Below, piece by piece: positions 20,119-29,233 of a DNA stretch of 53,467 bases. Location: positions 1-53,467 of the forward strand of contig JAUZPX010000001.1 in the NCBI GenBank assembly GCA_030705695.1, written 5' to 3'. The notes under the pieces are model-generated. The model did not search any database. It was not told where the DNA came from and saw nothing but the letters and a program-made list of their open reading frames with translations. The position numbers and the translations under genes were made by a program. The stretch is from Bacillota bacterium (GTDB lineage: Bacteria > Bacillota > Clostridia > Oscillospirales > Acutalibacteraceae). Every line of letters starts with the position of its first letter. The stretch's first letter is position 1.

Positions 20119-20514
20119 GTGAATATTGCTTTAATTGCTCACGACGAAAAGAAAGAACTGATGGTTCAATTCTGTATAGCCTATTGCGGTATACTGAGCA
20201 GACAAAACCTATGTGCTACAGGTACCACAGGTAAAATGGTTGCCGAAGCTACAGGGCTTGAAATTAAACGTTTTCTTGCCGGTGCTCAGGGAGGAGATCA
20301 ACAAATTTCCGCAAGAATTTCCTGTAATGAAATCGATATGCTTCTGTTTTTCCGTGTTCCGAACAATCCAAAGCCAAATGAGCCAAATGATATGGATCTT
20401 TTGCGGCTTTGCGATATGTACAACATTCCGTTTGCAACAAATATTGCGACAGCAGAAGTACTTATTCACGGTCTTGAACGAGGCGATCTCGACTGGCGTA
20501 ACTATATGCGCTAA
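20119..20514 (+). CDS. mgsA: Methylglyoxal synthase
   Basis: IALIAHDEKKELM....ATGTTG motif, about 130 aa, GTG start with a GGAGG SD. Confidence 0.9.
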   Translation: MNIALIAHDEKKELMVQFCIAYCGILSRQNLCATGTTGKMVAEATGLEIKRFLAGAQGGDQQISARISCNEIDMLLFFRVPNNPKPNEPNDMDLLRLCDMYNIPFATNIATAEVLIHGLERGDLDWRNYMR

Positions 20515-20707
20515 AATTCAAATAAAATCACAACAGCCGGAGCTCTTTTGGGTTCCGGCTGTTTAGCAAGGGTTTTTCTAATGTTAATCTATAATTATTG
20601 AATTACTTCAAAAAGGGATTCATCTTCGAGTGACTCCCTTTACTTTTTACCGATAAACTCTTATAATTAATAAATATATTGTTGATCAAACTCCGGAGGA
20701 AATATAA

Positions 20708-22015
20708 ATGGCGATTATTACAAGAAAAATCAAAGGCACAGAGGATGTTTTGCCAAGCGACAGCTACAAATGGCAATTCGTTGAAGACATTATGCGCAAA
20801 GAAGCCTCTGTTTTCGGATATAAAGAGATAAGGACGCCTGTTTTTGAGCACACGGAACTGTTCAGCCGCGGTGTTGGCGAGACAACAGATGTGGTTCAAA
20901 AAGAGATGTACACTTTCAGCACAAAAGGCGACGATTCAATCACACTGCGCCCTGAGGGTACGGCAGGTGCGGCAAGAGCATTTCTTGAACATGGGCTTTA
21001 TAACGATGGCTTACCGATAAAAGCCTATTATTTTACTTCATGCTACAGATATGAAAAACCTCAGGCAGGACGTCAGCGTGAATTTCACCAATTTGGGCTT
21101 GAAATCTTCGGAACAGCTGCTCCGTCAGCTGATGCAGAACTTATCTCAATTGGAAAAGCAATCTTTGACAGACTTAATATAAAAAACTTACAGCTTGAAA
21201 TTAATTCGATCGGCTGCCCTACTTGCAGAGCCGAATATCAGAAAGCTTTAATTGAATATTTTAATCAATACAAAGAAGAGCTTTGCCCTACTTGCTTAGC
21301 TCGCCTTGAACGTAATCCTATGAGACTCCTCGATTGCAAAAGTCCTGTTTGCTCGAAAATCGCCGAGAGTGCACCAACTGTGCTTGAATATATATGCAAC
21401 GACTGCAAGGTGCATTTTGAAGCCGTCAAAAAATATCTTGATTCACTGAAAATCGAGTACAAAATTAATCCAAAAATCGTTCGTGGACTTGATTACTACA
21501 CACGTACGGTGTTTGAGTTTGTTTCTCAAGATATAGGCGCTCAGGGAACAGTTTGCGGCGGCGGCCGTTATGACGGACTCATTGAAGAGCTTGGAGGAAC
21601 ACATACTCCGTCACTTGGCTTTGGGCTTGGCATGGAACGGCTTCTTTTGCTTATGGAAAAGCAAGGGATTGAAATCCCGTTGCCGCCATCTTGCGATATT
21701 TACATTGCAGGACTTGGCGAACAGGCAGAGCTGAAAGCTTTTGACCTTATAAAACAAATCCGTCAGTCATCGCTTATTGCCGAGGGTGACATTGCAGGAA
21801 AAGGTTTGAAGGCACAAATGAAATATGCCGATAAAATTAAGGCAAAATTCAGTATGGTTATCGGCGATGAAGAGCTTATTAAAAATGAAGCAACCATGAA
21901 AAACATGCAAACAGGCGAGAAGACAACTGTCCGCCTGGACGAACAGTTCTTCAGCGATTTCTTTGCTGCATATATTGAAAATGATTCAAAATCTTTACTT
22001 GATATGATTAAATGA
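20708..22015 (+). CDS. hisS: Histidine--tRNA ligase
   Basis: Class II motifs, including LRPEGTAG and the GGGRYD motif-3 region. Confidence 0.95.
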   Translation: MAIITRKIKGTEDVLPSDSYKWQFVEDIMRKEASVFGYKEIRTPVFEHTELFSRGVGETTDVVQKEMYTFSTKGDDSITLRPEGTAGAARAFLEHGLYNDGLPIKAYYFTSCYRYEKPQAGRQREFHQFGLEIFGTAAPSADAELISIGKAIFDRLNIKNLQLEINSIGCPTCRAEYQKALIEYFNQYKEELCPTCLARLERNPMRLLDCKSPVCSKIAESAPTVLEYICNDCKVHFEAVKKYLDSLKIEYKINPKIVRGLDYYTRTVFEFVSQDIGAQGTVCGGGRYDGLIEELGGTHTPSLGFGLGMERLLLLMEKQGIEIPLPPSCDIYIAGLGEQAELKAFDLIKQIRQSSLIAEGDIAGKGLKAQMKYADKIKAKFSMVIGDEELIKNEATMKNMQTGEKTTVRLDEQFFSDFFAAYIENDSKSLLDMIK

Positions 22016-22040
22016 TAAGACAAAAAGGAATGACAAAACA

Positions 22041-23819
22041 ATGGCAGAGCTTTTTTCAGGCTTAAAACGAACAAATTATTGCGGAGACCTGCGAATTTCC
22101 GATGCAGGCAAAACCGTTACCGTATGTGGTTGGGTACAGCGTCAGCGTAATTTAGGACAGCTGATCTTCATTGATTTACGCGACAGAGCGGGAATCCTGC
22201 AACTTGCTTTTGACGAAAATACAGAAAAATCGATATTTTCAAAAGCAGCCACTGTCCGCAGTGAATATGTCCTTGGCGTAGTCGGAGTAGTACAGGAGCG
22301 CAGTGCAAAAAACAAAGATATACCGACAGGTGATATTGAAATTAAAGTTACTGAACTTAGAATCCTTGGCGAAAGCGAAACGCCGCCTTTTGAAATTGTT
22401 GAAAACTGCAACACAGGCGAGGCTTCCCGCCTTAAATACCGCTATCTTGACTTGCGCCGTCCAGATTTACAGCGCAATATTCTGCTTCGTCATAAAATAG
22501 CAAAATCTACCCGTGACTATTTCGATGAGCAGGGCTTTATTGAAATTGAAACTCCTATGCTTATTCGCTCTACTCCTGAAGGCGCTAGGGATTTCCTTGT
22601 CCCGTCAAGAATTCATAAAGGAAGTTTTTATGCGCTGCCTCAATCGCCTCAGCTTTATAAGCAGCTAAGTATGGTAGCAGGCTTTGACCGTTATATGCAG
22701 ATTGCACGCTGCTTCCGTGATGAAGATTTACGTGCTGACAGGCAGCCTGAATTTACTCAGATTGACCTTGAAATGTCCTTTGTAGACATGGATGACGTTT
22801 TGGAAATTGTTGAAGGATATATGGTGCGTGTATTTAAGGATGCGCTGAATATTGACATTCCCGTTCCGTTCCCACGATTAAAATATGATGAAGTAATGTC
22901 ACGTTTTGGATCCGATAAACCTGACACACGTTTTGAAATGGAACTTTATGATATCTCAAATGCTGTTAAAAACAGCGAGTTTGTTGTTTTCAAAAGCGCT
23001 TTAAGTGGCGAAGGCTCTGTTCGCGGTATTACCGCCAAAAATGCCGCCAATATTTATACGAGAAAAGAAATAGACAAGCTCACGGAGTTTATAAAAGGCA
23101 TAGGCGCAAAAGGTCTTGCATGGATACGCTTGACAGACGAGGGGATTTCCTCTAGCTTTGCAAAGTTTATGACAGACGATGAGATGAATGAAATCGTTAA
23201 ACTTGCTGGCGCAGAAACAGGCGACGTTGTATTTATTGTTGCCGACTCGAATAATCACACAGTTTTGTCAACGCTTGGCGCATTGCGCTGCGAGGTTGCA
23301 AAAAAGCTTGACATTATCAAAGAAGGCTATAATCCGCTTTGGGTTGTTGAATTCCCGTTTTTCGAGAAAAACCCCGAAACAGGCAACTGGGATGCTATGC
23401 ATCATCCATTTACTTCACCAACCGACGAAAGCCTGAAAATACTTGAGCAGGATAAAAGCAAAGTTTATGCAAAAGCTTATGACCTTGTGCTTAATGGCAT
23501 TGAACTTTCATCGGGCTCTATTCGTATAACAAACCCCGAACTTCAAAAGAGAATGTTCAGCCTACTTGGATTTAGCGAAGAAGAGGCATACCAGAAATTC
23601 GGCTTCTTGCTTGACGCGTTTAAATTCGGTGCTCCTCCTCACGGCGGAATGGGTATCGGACTTGACAGGCTTGTCATGCAGATGATCGGTGCGCCTACAC
23701 TTCGCGACGTTGTGGCATTCCCGAAAATTCAAAACGCCAGCGAACTCATGACCTCCGCACCCAGCGAGGTTGATATACAACAGCTAAACGATTTGGGAAT
23801 ACAAATCATTACTGAATAA
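22041..23819 (+). CDS. aspS: Aspartate--tRNA ligase
   Basis: OB-fold N-terminus (FIDLRDRAGILQ), QPEFTQIDLEMSF, and GGMGIGLDRLVM. Bacterial-type length of 592 aa with the GAD insertion. Confidence 0.95.
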   Translation: MAELFSGLKRTNYCGDLRISDAGKTVTVCGWVQRQRNLGQLIFIDLRDRAGILQLAFDENTEKSIFSKAATVRSEYVLGVVGVVQERSAKNKDIPTGDIEIKVTELRILGESETPPFEIVENCNTGEASRLKYRYLDLRRPDLQRNILLRHKIAKSTRDYFDEQGFIEIETPMLIRSTPEGARDFLVPSRIHKGSFYALPQSPQLYKQLSMVAGFDRYMQIARCFRDEDLRADRQPEFTQIDLEMSFVDMDDVLEIVEGYMVRVFKDALNIDIPVPFPRLKYDEVMSRFGSDKPDTRFEMELYDISNAVKNSEFVVFKSALSGEGSVRGITAKNAANIYTRKEIDKLTEFIKGIGAKGLAWIRLTDEGISSSFAKFMTDDEMNEIVKLAGAETGDVVFIVADSNNHTVLSTLGALRCEVAKKLDIIKEGYNPLWVVEFPFFEKNPETGNWDAMHHPFTSPTDESLKILEQDKSKVYAKAYDLVLNGIELSSGSIRITNPELQKRMFSLLGFSEEEAYQKFGFLLDAFKFGAPPHGGMGIGLDRLVMQMIGAPTLRDVVAFPKIQNASELMTSAPSEVDIQQLNDLGIQIITE

Positions 23820-23833
23820 TTTATTATCTTTAT

Positions 23834-23872
23834 AAAAAGGACTGCAATCAAAACGATTACAGTCCTTTATTG
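23834..23872. terminator. Bidirectional hairpin terminator between convergent aspS and the phage-like cluster
   Basis: AAAGGACTGCAATC-AAAAC-GATTACAGTCCTTT, flanked by an A-run on the left and a T-run on the right. Confidence 0.65.
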
Positions 23873-23890
23873 TATAATTATTATTTATTT

Positions 23891-24367
23891 TCAGCTCACC
23901 CGAAATGTCACAAGCACAGAAAGATGAGCTGGAACGAACTTACTAATTTCACTTGTAATCCATTCTTTTTGCTGACTTGTAAACGAACCGATGCAATCCA
24001 CATGAATAGAATTGTTTGAGTACGATTCATATATTTCATACTGTATTCCAAGTGAAGCAAGCGTTTTATTAAAGCCATCGACTGTGAAATCATTTGTGGT
24101 AATCGAAAGCCTATCCGTAATCATTTGGCGACGCTTATCGATATTCAAATCATCCCTTACGCAGCCATAAATACGTTCTCTGTTGCGGATTCCGTAGTCA
24201 ACTGCGGTCGCAACGAACATCTCACGCTGAATTTCATCAAGCTCACTGTAAAATACATCTAAAGCACATGCAAACGCCTGCAATTCTTTATAATCTGTTT
24301 GAGTTGCCGACAAATTATACAATGCCATCGGCGACAAAACAGCAATCATGGAACTAAGGCTACTCAT
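23891..24367 (-). CDS. Baseplate wedge protein, P2 gpI / Mu gp48 / XkdU (DUF2313)-like
   Basis: 158 aa immediately after Baseplate J with an ATGA start/stop overlap. Size and position are typical of the gpI-like partner of gpJ. Confidence 0.6.
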   Translation of the reverse strand: MSSLSSMIAVLSPMALYNLSATQTDYKELQAFACALDVFYSELDEIQREMFVATAVDYGIRNRERIYGCVRDDLNIDKRRQMITDRLSITTNDFTVDGFNKTLASLGIQYEIYESYSNNSIHVDCIGSFTSQQKEWITSEISKFVPAHLSVLVTFRVS

Positions 24368-25437
24368 GATGATGCTCCTTCTTCTATTGCCTGAACTGAA
24401 ACAAGCATCGGAAATGTAGTTGAATCAAGCACGATATTTTGCATATATTCCGTATAAAAAGTGTAATGAGCAACGCCGTCAACTTGATGAAGAACGTCGC
24501 CAAGGTCAGAAAGATATATTGTTTCTCCAATGCCGACAGTCTTTGCATATTCACTAAGAGCTGCTTCACAATCGCTTATTACTGTTGCAGAATCATAGCC
24601 TGTTTTTTCTTTTATGGTTACAACAACACTAATATTTATTCCCTTTGCAGAAAAAACACGAACATCAACGTTTACTTCACGTTGACTGCTTAAATATTGC
24701 TGTACTTGTGCAACCAAATCGCTTGAGGCTTCTTGACCTTTTTCGCAAATGTACACATCAACAGTTCCTACACCTCTTGCACGAGGCACCACACCTGCCG
24801 AAAAAACGCCAGAAATCTTCATTGCTTCCTCTTTATAGTAGGCAATATTTGAACCGTTTGAGATGTTTTGATAACTGTTCAAAACTCGCTTGCGAAAGTC
24901 GTAATCATCTTCTGCATCTGTTCCACCTGCCGTCGGCGAAGAATTATTGACACTGTTTACTCCTGTTGGCGGAGTTACCATAACGGTTATGGTACTTGCT
25001 GCCACATTGCCGCTAACACCGCCATCCGCTGCAATTATTGGAACATTTATTCCGACTGTACCAGAAGCAATTACTGCATCTTTTGTTGTAACAAAACGAA
25101 TTGGATTAATTCCATTTGTTGCAACAACTGTACCCGACGGAATAGAAATATCATTGTTAGATGATGTATTAATAGAAAATGTTACTTCACCTGTGGCGCA
25201 AATGGCGGTTTTTCTGGTTAATCCACGCTGTTCTCCGTGATAATCCAGTTGGATTCCCGTAGCTGTTTCAGGAAACATCTGATTTTTCAGCCAATCGACG
25301 TTGGCTCCTGCACTAAATATTTCTCCTGCCAGTAATTTGATTTTTATCCCGATATCAGATGCATCATCGGCATCATATCCTGCCAGTTCTTTAAAATTGT
25401 CTTTCATTCTTTGTAAAATCGTATCGTAACTATCCAT
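24364..25437 (-). CDS. Baseplate J-like protein (P2 gpJ / Mu gp47 / XkdT)
   Basis: 357 aa. The N-terminus (ILQRMKDNFKELAGYDADDASDIG...LAGEIFSAGANVDWLKNQMFPETATGIQLDYHGEQRGLTRK) follows the Baseplate_J pattern. Confidence 0.8.
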   Translation of the reverse strand: MDSYDTILQRMKDNFKELAGYDADDASDIGIKIKLLAGEIFSAGANVDWLKNQMFPETATGIQLDYHGEQRGLTRKTAICATGEVTFSINTSSNNDISIPSGTVVATNGINPIRFVTTKDAVIASGTVGINVPIIAADGGVSGNVAASTITVMVTPPTGVNSVNNSSPTAGGTDAEDDYDFRKRVLNSYQNISNGSNIAYYKEEAMKISGVFSAGVVPRARGVGTVDVYICEKGQEASSDLVAQVQQYLSSQREVNVDVRVFSAKGINISVVVTIKEKTGYDSATVISDCEAALSEYAKTVGIGETIYLSDLGDVLHQVDGVAHYTFYTEYMQNIVLDSTTFPMLVSVQAIEEGASS

Positions 25438-25780
25438 GAATTATCACCTGTACTTCCCCTGTTTGTTTTTTATATGTTACCGAAACATTTAAAAGGATCG
25501 ATTTATCTGCTTGAAGCTCCGATGATGTTACAGAAGCTTCCACACCAGTAAGATTTATTACAGCTTCTTTCACGAGCATATCGGCACGTTCCTTTAGAAG
25601 ATCTGTTGTACGGCTTAATGTAAAGAACTCATTGCCGAAATCGGGCGCATAAACAAAACTTCCCTTTTGCACACCAAGACAGATACGAACCCGTTGCAAA
25701 ATCTCGTCAAAGCCACCGATTAAATAAGGCTTACCACCGGAATCAATCTCATACTGCCCATTATTTATTTTTGTATCCAA
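25430..25780 (-). CDS. gp25 / gpW / XkdS-like baseplate wedge protein
   Basis: 116 aa directly upstream of Baseplate J with an overlapping stop/start. TTG start with an AGGAGG SD. The motif layout (LQRVRICLGVQKGSFVYAPDFG) is like the GPW_gp25 family. Confidence 0.65.
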   Translation of the reverse strand: MDTKINNGQYEIDSGGKPYLIGGFDEILQRVRICLGVQKGSFVYAPDFGNEFFTLSRTTDLLKERADMLVKEAVINLTGVEASVTSSELQADKSILLNVSVTYKKQTGEVQVIIHG

Positions 25781-25791
25781 TTAGATTCCTC

Positions 25792-26124
25792 CTAAAACGT
25801 CTTGCCGTTAATAAGCACACTGCCGTCATTTTTTAAAATGATTGAAGCTCCTCCGCTTGAAAAAAGCATCAGCTCACCAGCAGCCAGGTTTTTGTCCTTC
25901 ATTGTAACACCAAGGCAGACTTCCCCACTTGAAAGCGGCAGAACTACAGAATTTTCTCCTGTCGGCGGTATATATGCAATCCCAAACGGCACTACAACAG
26001 GAAGAGAACGATATTCCTTTGAGGCATCAATAAAAACTTGTCCTTCCCCTGCACTTGTAACTCCGCCAATATCTGCTGATTGAGGTTTCTTTGTATTTTG
26101 CGCCATATATTTAGGTAGCCACAT
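25792..26124 (-). CDS. Baseplate spike/plug protein, gpV / Mu gp45 / XkdR-like (small OB-fold)
   Basis: 110 aa between the hub and gpW-like genes. The C-terminus (GELMLFSSGGASIILKNDGSVLINGKTF) resembles the gpV/gp45 family tail. Confidence 0.55.
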   Translation of the reverse strand: MWLPKYMAQNTKKPQSADIGGVTSAGEGQVFIDASKEYRSLPVVVPFGIAYIPPTGENSVVLPLSSGEVCLGVTMKDKNLAAGELMLFSSGGASIILKNDGSVLINGKTF

Positions 26125-27070
26125 AAGAAGATTCCGCCTTTCTTACAAGATGTATCGTCGTTTTTTCTTGATTTTGGTTTAATATATACTCAATTTTATT
26201 AACATACAGGTTTTCGTTTTGATAATCTGTGCTGTCCTCTAGCACAGCCTTTGAGCCAAGGCAGTTAACAATCATGCAAGGGCAAACGATAGTTAAATCA
26301 AAGCTGTCCTCATTACCGATATCCATGATTTTATCAGCTGTTTGAATCATTCCGTAATTATCGCCGACAGCATTCAGATAGCGCTTTCTTTTTACGCCTC
26401 TGGTAACTGCATCTTTATTAAAAACAGAAAAAGTATAGCCGCTTTTTAAATCTGTACGAACAAGAACCTGAGAAATTAATTTATTACGTTTTATGCTTAC
26501 GTTGGAAATAAAATATTGAATTTCGCTACCGTTGTTATTAAACAAAACAGCATTTTTTTGGGCGCTTTCTGAAACATCAACCATACCGTTTTCTGTGATT
26601 CTTGGGGTAGTATTTAGAAAATTCTTACAAAAGCTGTTTAACACATACCACTCTGTAACACCCTTTGTAACACTTAAAGTGCCTTCGGAGGCAGGCTTAT
26701 CGCTTATAAAGCCTGCAAGCCCGTAATCACGAATATGTCTGTCAAAGATCACTTCGATTGTAGGATTAATGTAATTTTGCGGCAGCGCTTCATTATCTAA
26801 AAGAAGCGCTGCCAAACTTCTTGCAACCACCTTTACAAAACTGCCGCTAATGGCGCTTGCCATATCCTGCTCGTCCACAATTCCCGTGAAAACAGTTGTA
26901 TCACCGTCTGAAACAGTAAGCATTTGCAGCTCTGGCAATGCGATTTCCGTTGGGAACAGCGCAGTTAACATATCGGCAGGGACATCTGTTTCTTTTTGAA
27001 TTATTAAACTTGAAGGCGTCGAAAGCGTTATGGTATCTCCGTTTGCAGTTATTGCACTGTAACTCAGCAT
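26111..27070 (-). CDS. Baseplate hub protein, P2 gpD / Mu gp44 / XkdQ-like
   Basis: 319 aa between the LysM protein and the spike, the canonical hub position. The assignment rests on gene order and size, not on a diagnostic motif. Confidence 0.5.
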   Translation of the reverse strand: MLSYSAITANGDTITLSTPSSLIIQKETDVPADMLTALFPTEIALPELQMLTVSDGDTTVFTGIVDEQDMASAISGSFVKVVARSLAALLLDNEALPQNYINPTIEVIFDRHIRDYGLAGFISDKPASEGTLSVTKGVTEWYVLNSFCKNFLNTTPRITENGMVDVSESAQKNAVLFNNNGSEIQYFISNVSIKRNKLISQVLVRTDLKSGYTFSVFNKDAVTRGVKRKRYLNAVGDNYGMIQTADKIMDIGNEDSFDLTIVCPCMIVNCLGSKAVLEDSTDYQNENLYVNKIEYILNQNQEKTTIHLVRKAESSYVAT

Positions 27071-27585
27071 ATTGTCACGCTTTCCCCCACGACAATTTCG
27101 TTAGGGCGCCTGATATTTGGATTTAACTGCAAAAGTTTTTCTACCGTTGTTTCATATTTGTTGGCAATGGTAAAAAGCGTTTCTCCGTCTGTTGCAATAT
27201 GAACGATTTTTTCGCTCTCTTCCTGAAAAGATGTTTTCATGTCCTCACGAAAAGTAAAGGAATACTGTACAAGATTCGGCGCAGGGACGCCGATAACAGA
27301 AAGACCGGAAAACACAGCAACAAACGGATTTGTGTTCGGAATTGATAAAATTCCCGTCCGTTTTTCTTCATAGAGTTTACGCAAAATATTATATTGAATA
27401 AATGCGTCATCTCCAAAAAGCTCGCCTTCACCTGTAATAACACGGTCTTTTTGCCCAAAATCCTGTAAAACTGAAATTCCGTTTGGCAAGTTAATTTCCG
27501 CCAGGTTTTTTCCGTCGGATATTTTAATTGTTTTGGGGTTATAGCGCCAAGTATATCCGCAAAAACGCATAGAAGCTAAATTCAT
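27064..27585 (-). CDS. LysM-domain tail/baseplate protein (XkdP / P2 gpX / Mu gp43-like position)
   Basis: Clear C-terminal LysM (HIATDGETLFTIANKYETTVEKLLQLNPNIRRPNEIVVGESVTI). The N-terminal ~120 aa is an unassigned beta-rich domain. Start and stop are both translationally coupled to the neighbouring genes. Confidence 0.7.
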   Translation of the reverse strand: MNLASMRFCGYTWRYNPKTIKISDGKNLAEINLPNGISVLQDFGQKDRVITGEGELFGDDAFIQYNILRKLYEEKRTGILSIPNTNPFVAVFSGLSVIGVPAPNLVQYSFTFREDMKTSFQEESEKIVHIATDGETLFTIANKYETTVEKLLQLNPNIRRPNEIVVGESVTIC

Positions 27586-27749
27586 CGTGCGCTTGCCTCC
27601 TGTTCTTCCGTAAGAGGGCTTGAGTAGCGTCGCAAATCACGTTCGAAAGCTTCGGAAAAGCTTTCAGCGGAAATTGACATATCACTTAACAAATTAAAAT
27701 GAGATTTTTCAAAATTATTTTGAGATGTCTGATCAATTTTAATTTCCAT
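27582..27749 (-). CDS. 55-aa hypothetical protein in the tail chaperone/tape-measure slot
   Basis: Below the ORF-track cutoff. My translation is MEIKIDQTSQNNFEKSHFNLLSDMSISAESFSEAFERDLRRYSSPLTEEQEASAR. Its ATG overlaps the upstream stop (TAATG) and its TGA overlaps the LysM gene's ATG (ATGA), which argues it is translated. Confidence 0.5.
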   Translation of the reverse strand: MEIKIDQTSQNNFEKSHFNLLSDMSISAESFSEAFERDLRRYSSPLTEEQEASAR

Positions 27750-28546
27750 TATGCCCCTCCCAAGGTTTTTGTTTTTGCCAGAATGGTTACGGTATCTGTA
27801 ATTTCATCTGTCAATCGTGAATTTATATCAATCGTATTACAGCCGCTGAATGTGATTTGATTTCCTTTAAAATCTACCGTCAAGTCAAAATCCGTTATAC
27901 TTGTAAAGTCATATGTAAAATCCATTGATTTTACATCAAACGTTATTTCATACTGATTATTCTGCATAACAAAACCGACAGGTCCGCTTTCGCCGAATGC
28001 CTGAATATCATACGCGGCTCTTATGGTTTTTATCTGAAAACTGTAAGCTTTTACGGCCGATTTACCCGGTATTGATATTAAAACACCAGCATTGCTTCCG
28101 CTGTTCGGGTTAACAAAGTTTACAGTAAGTGTTGTTAGAAAAGCATCGGCTTCGTGGTGATATGTAGTTTTGGATATATTAAATTCTTTAATGTTATACG
28201 ATTCAATTCGGTGATTTTTAAGTGCGTTTATTATATTCTCGGCAGCAGTAAATGTGCAGTCTTTTCCAAGTTTCGACGGGGAATAAATATTAAACTCAAT
28301 ATTGATCTTATCGGTGTCGCTGTCTTCAAATCCACTGATATACATATCACGAATATTCATAGTAACAGTCAATACTTTTAACGGATTCGGTGAAGGAAAG
28401 TTAGCGTAACCGTATCTAAGTTCCGAGAAACCAAGCTCTGAACTTGAAAATCCCGAAAAAAAAGTATAAAGCCCGCTTAAAATATTTGTAAAACTCACTG
28501 AGATATCACCGTGCTTTCCGAAATATACTTTTCTAAAATCGCCCAA
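27749..28546 (-). CDS. Hypothetical two-part protein in the tail-terminator/tube slot
   Basis: 265 aa from a TTG at 28546. A GTG at 28498 overlaps the upstream stop (GTGA) and is the more likely start, giving 249 aa. No sheath or tube motif is recognisable by eye. It is beta-rich and sits after the head-completion genes. Confidence 0.45.
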   Translation of the reverse strand: MGDFRKVYFGKHGDISVSFTNILSGLYTFFSGFSSSELGFSELRYGYANFPSPNPLKVLTVTMNIRDMYISGFEDSDTDKINIEFNIYSPSKLGKDCTFTAAENIINALKNHRIESYNIKEFNISKTTYHHEADAFLTTLTVNFVNPNSGSNAGVLISIPGKSAVKAYSFQIKTIRAAYDIQAFGESGPVGFVMQNNQYEITFDVKSMDFTYDFTSITDFDLTVDFKGNQITFSGCNTIDINSRLTDEITDTVTILAKTKTLGGA

Positions 28547-28854
28547 ATATAAACTATTTTATCTTTTACAACAAACGTATCTGCATTTTTAATGCAATAC
28601 TTAAATTCACCGCAAGTAATAACGGCTTCCTTTGTACATTGATCGAGCCTTATTTTAGGGCTTCCTATATATAAATAGTTGTTTTTGCTGTAATATCCCA
28701 ACGGCATATAATCGTTAAATTCACTTGACAGGTTTTTATAGCGCAAAGGTTCTATGAATGCTTTTCCGTTTGCAACAATTTTCTCCTGATCAGAAACAGA
28801 AATATTGCTGCCGTATTTATATAATATTTTTTGAAACTGACTGGGTAATTCCAT
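28495..28854 (-). CDS. Head-closure / head-tail adaptor protein (SPP1 gp16-like position)
   Basis: 119 aa with a TAATG overlap to the upstream gene. Size and position are typical of a head-completion beta-barrel protein. Confidence 0.5.
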   Translation of the reverse strand: MELPSQFQKILYKYGSNISVSDQEKIVANGKAFIEPLRYKNLSSEFNDYMPLGYYSKNNYLYIGSPKIRLDQCTKEAVITCGEFKYCIKNADTFVVKDKIVYIWAILEKYISESTVISQ

Positions 28855-29231
28855 TAAATCACCCGCCTGAACATAAAATTAACGTCATCAATTAATAAAT
28901 CTGCAACATCTGCTTTTGCCCGCTGCCAGATCTGCTCGGCTGCCTCTACAGACAAGCCAGAGGTTTCCATTGAAACATCGCCGACTTTTACGTTTTCAGG
29001 GGCGCCGCCGCCCTGATACAGGCAATACCTGTAATAACTCAGAGCGGCTGCGGCTGCGTTTAGGCGGCTAACATCTTCCGGCAAAATTGTTTCATTCCTT
29101 AATCTGCGTTGAATAAAATCCATAGCCTCTTTACAAATGGGGGACCATTGAGAGGTTTCCACAGGATCAAGGCCGGAAATAAGAACAAATCGATTCATTA
29201 CATCTTTAAAATTCAAGCCGCCACCTCCCAA
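28854..29231 (-). CDS. Head-tail connector protein (gp6-like position)
   Basis: About 120-125 aa directly after the major capsid gene. The best SD (GGAGGTGG) serves the in-frame TTG at about 29216 rather than 29231. Confidence 0.5.
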   Translation of the reverse strand: MGGGGLNFKDVMNRFVLISGLDPVETSQWSPICKEAMDFIQRRLRNETILPEDVSRLNAAAAALSYYRYCLYQGGGAPENVKVGDVSMETSGLSVEAAEQIWQRAKADVADLLIDDVNFMFRRVI

Positions 29232-29233
29232 AC

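Noticed and set aside
20515-20707. Possible T-box leader upstream of hisS-aspS, as found in Bacillus
   Set aside because: The interval is only ~190 nt and lacks the conserved GGTGGTACCGCG T-box sequence and stem-I motifs. The two hairpins there look like the mgsA terminator (CAGCCGGA...TCCGGCTG) and a second terminator-like stem.
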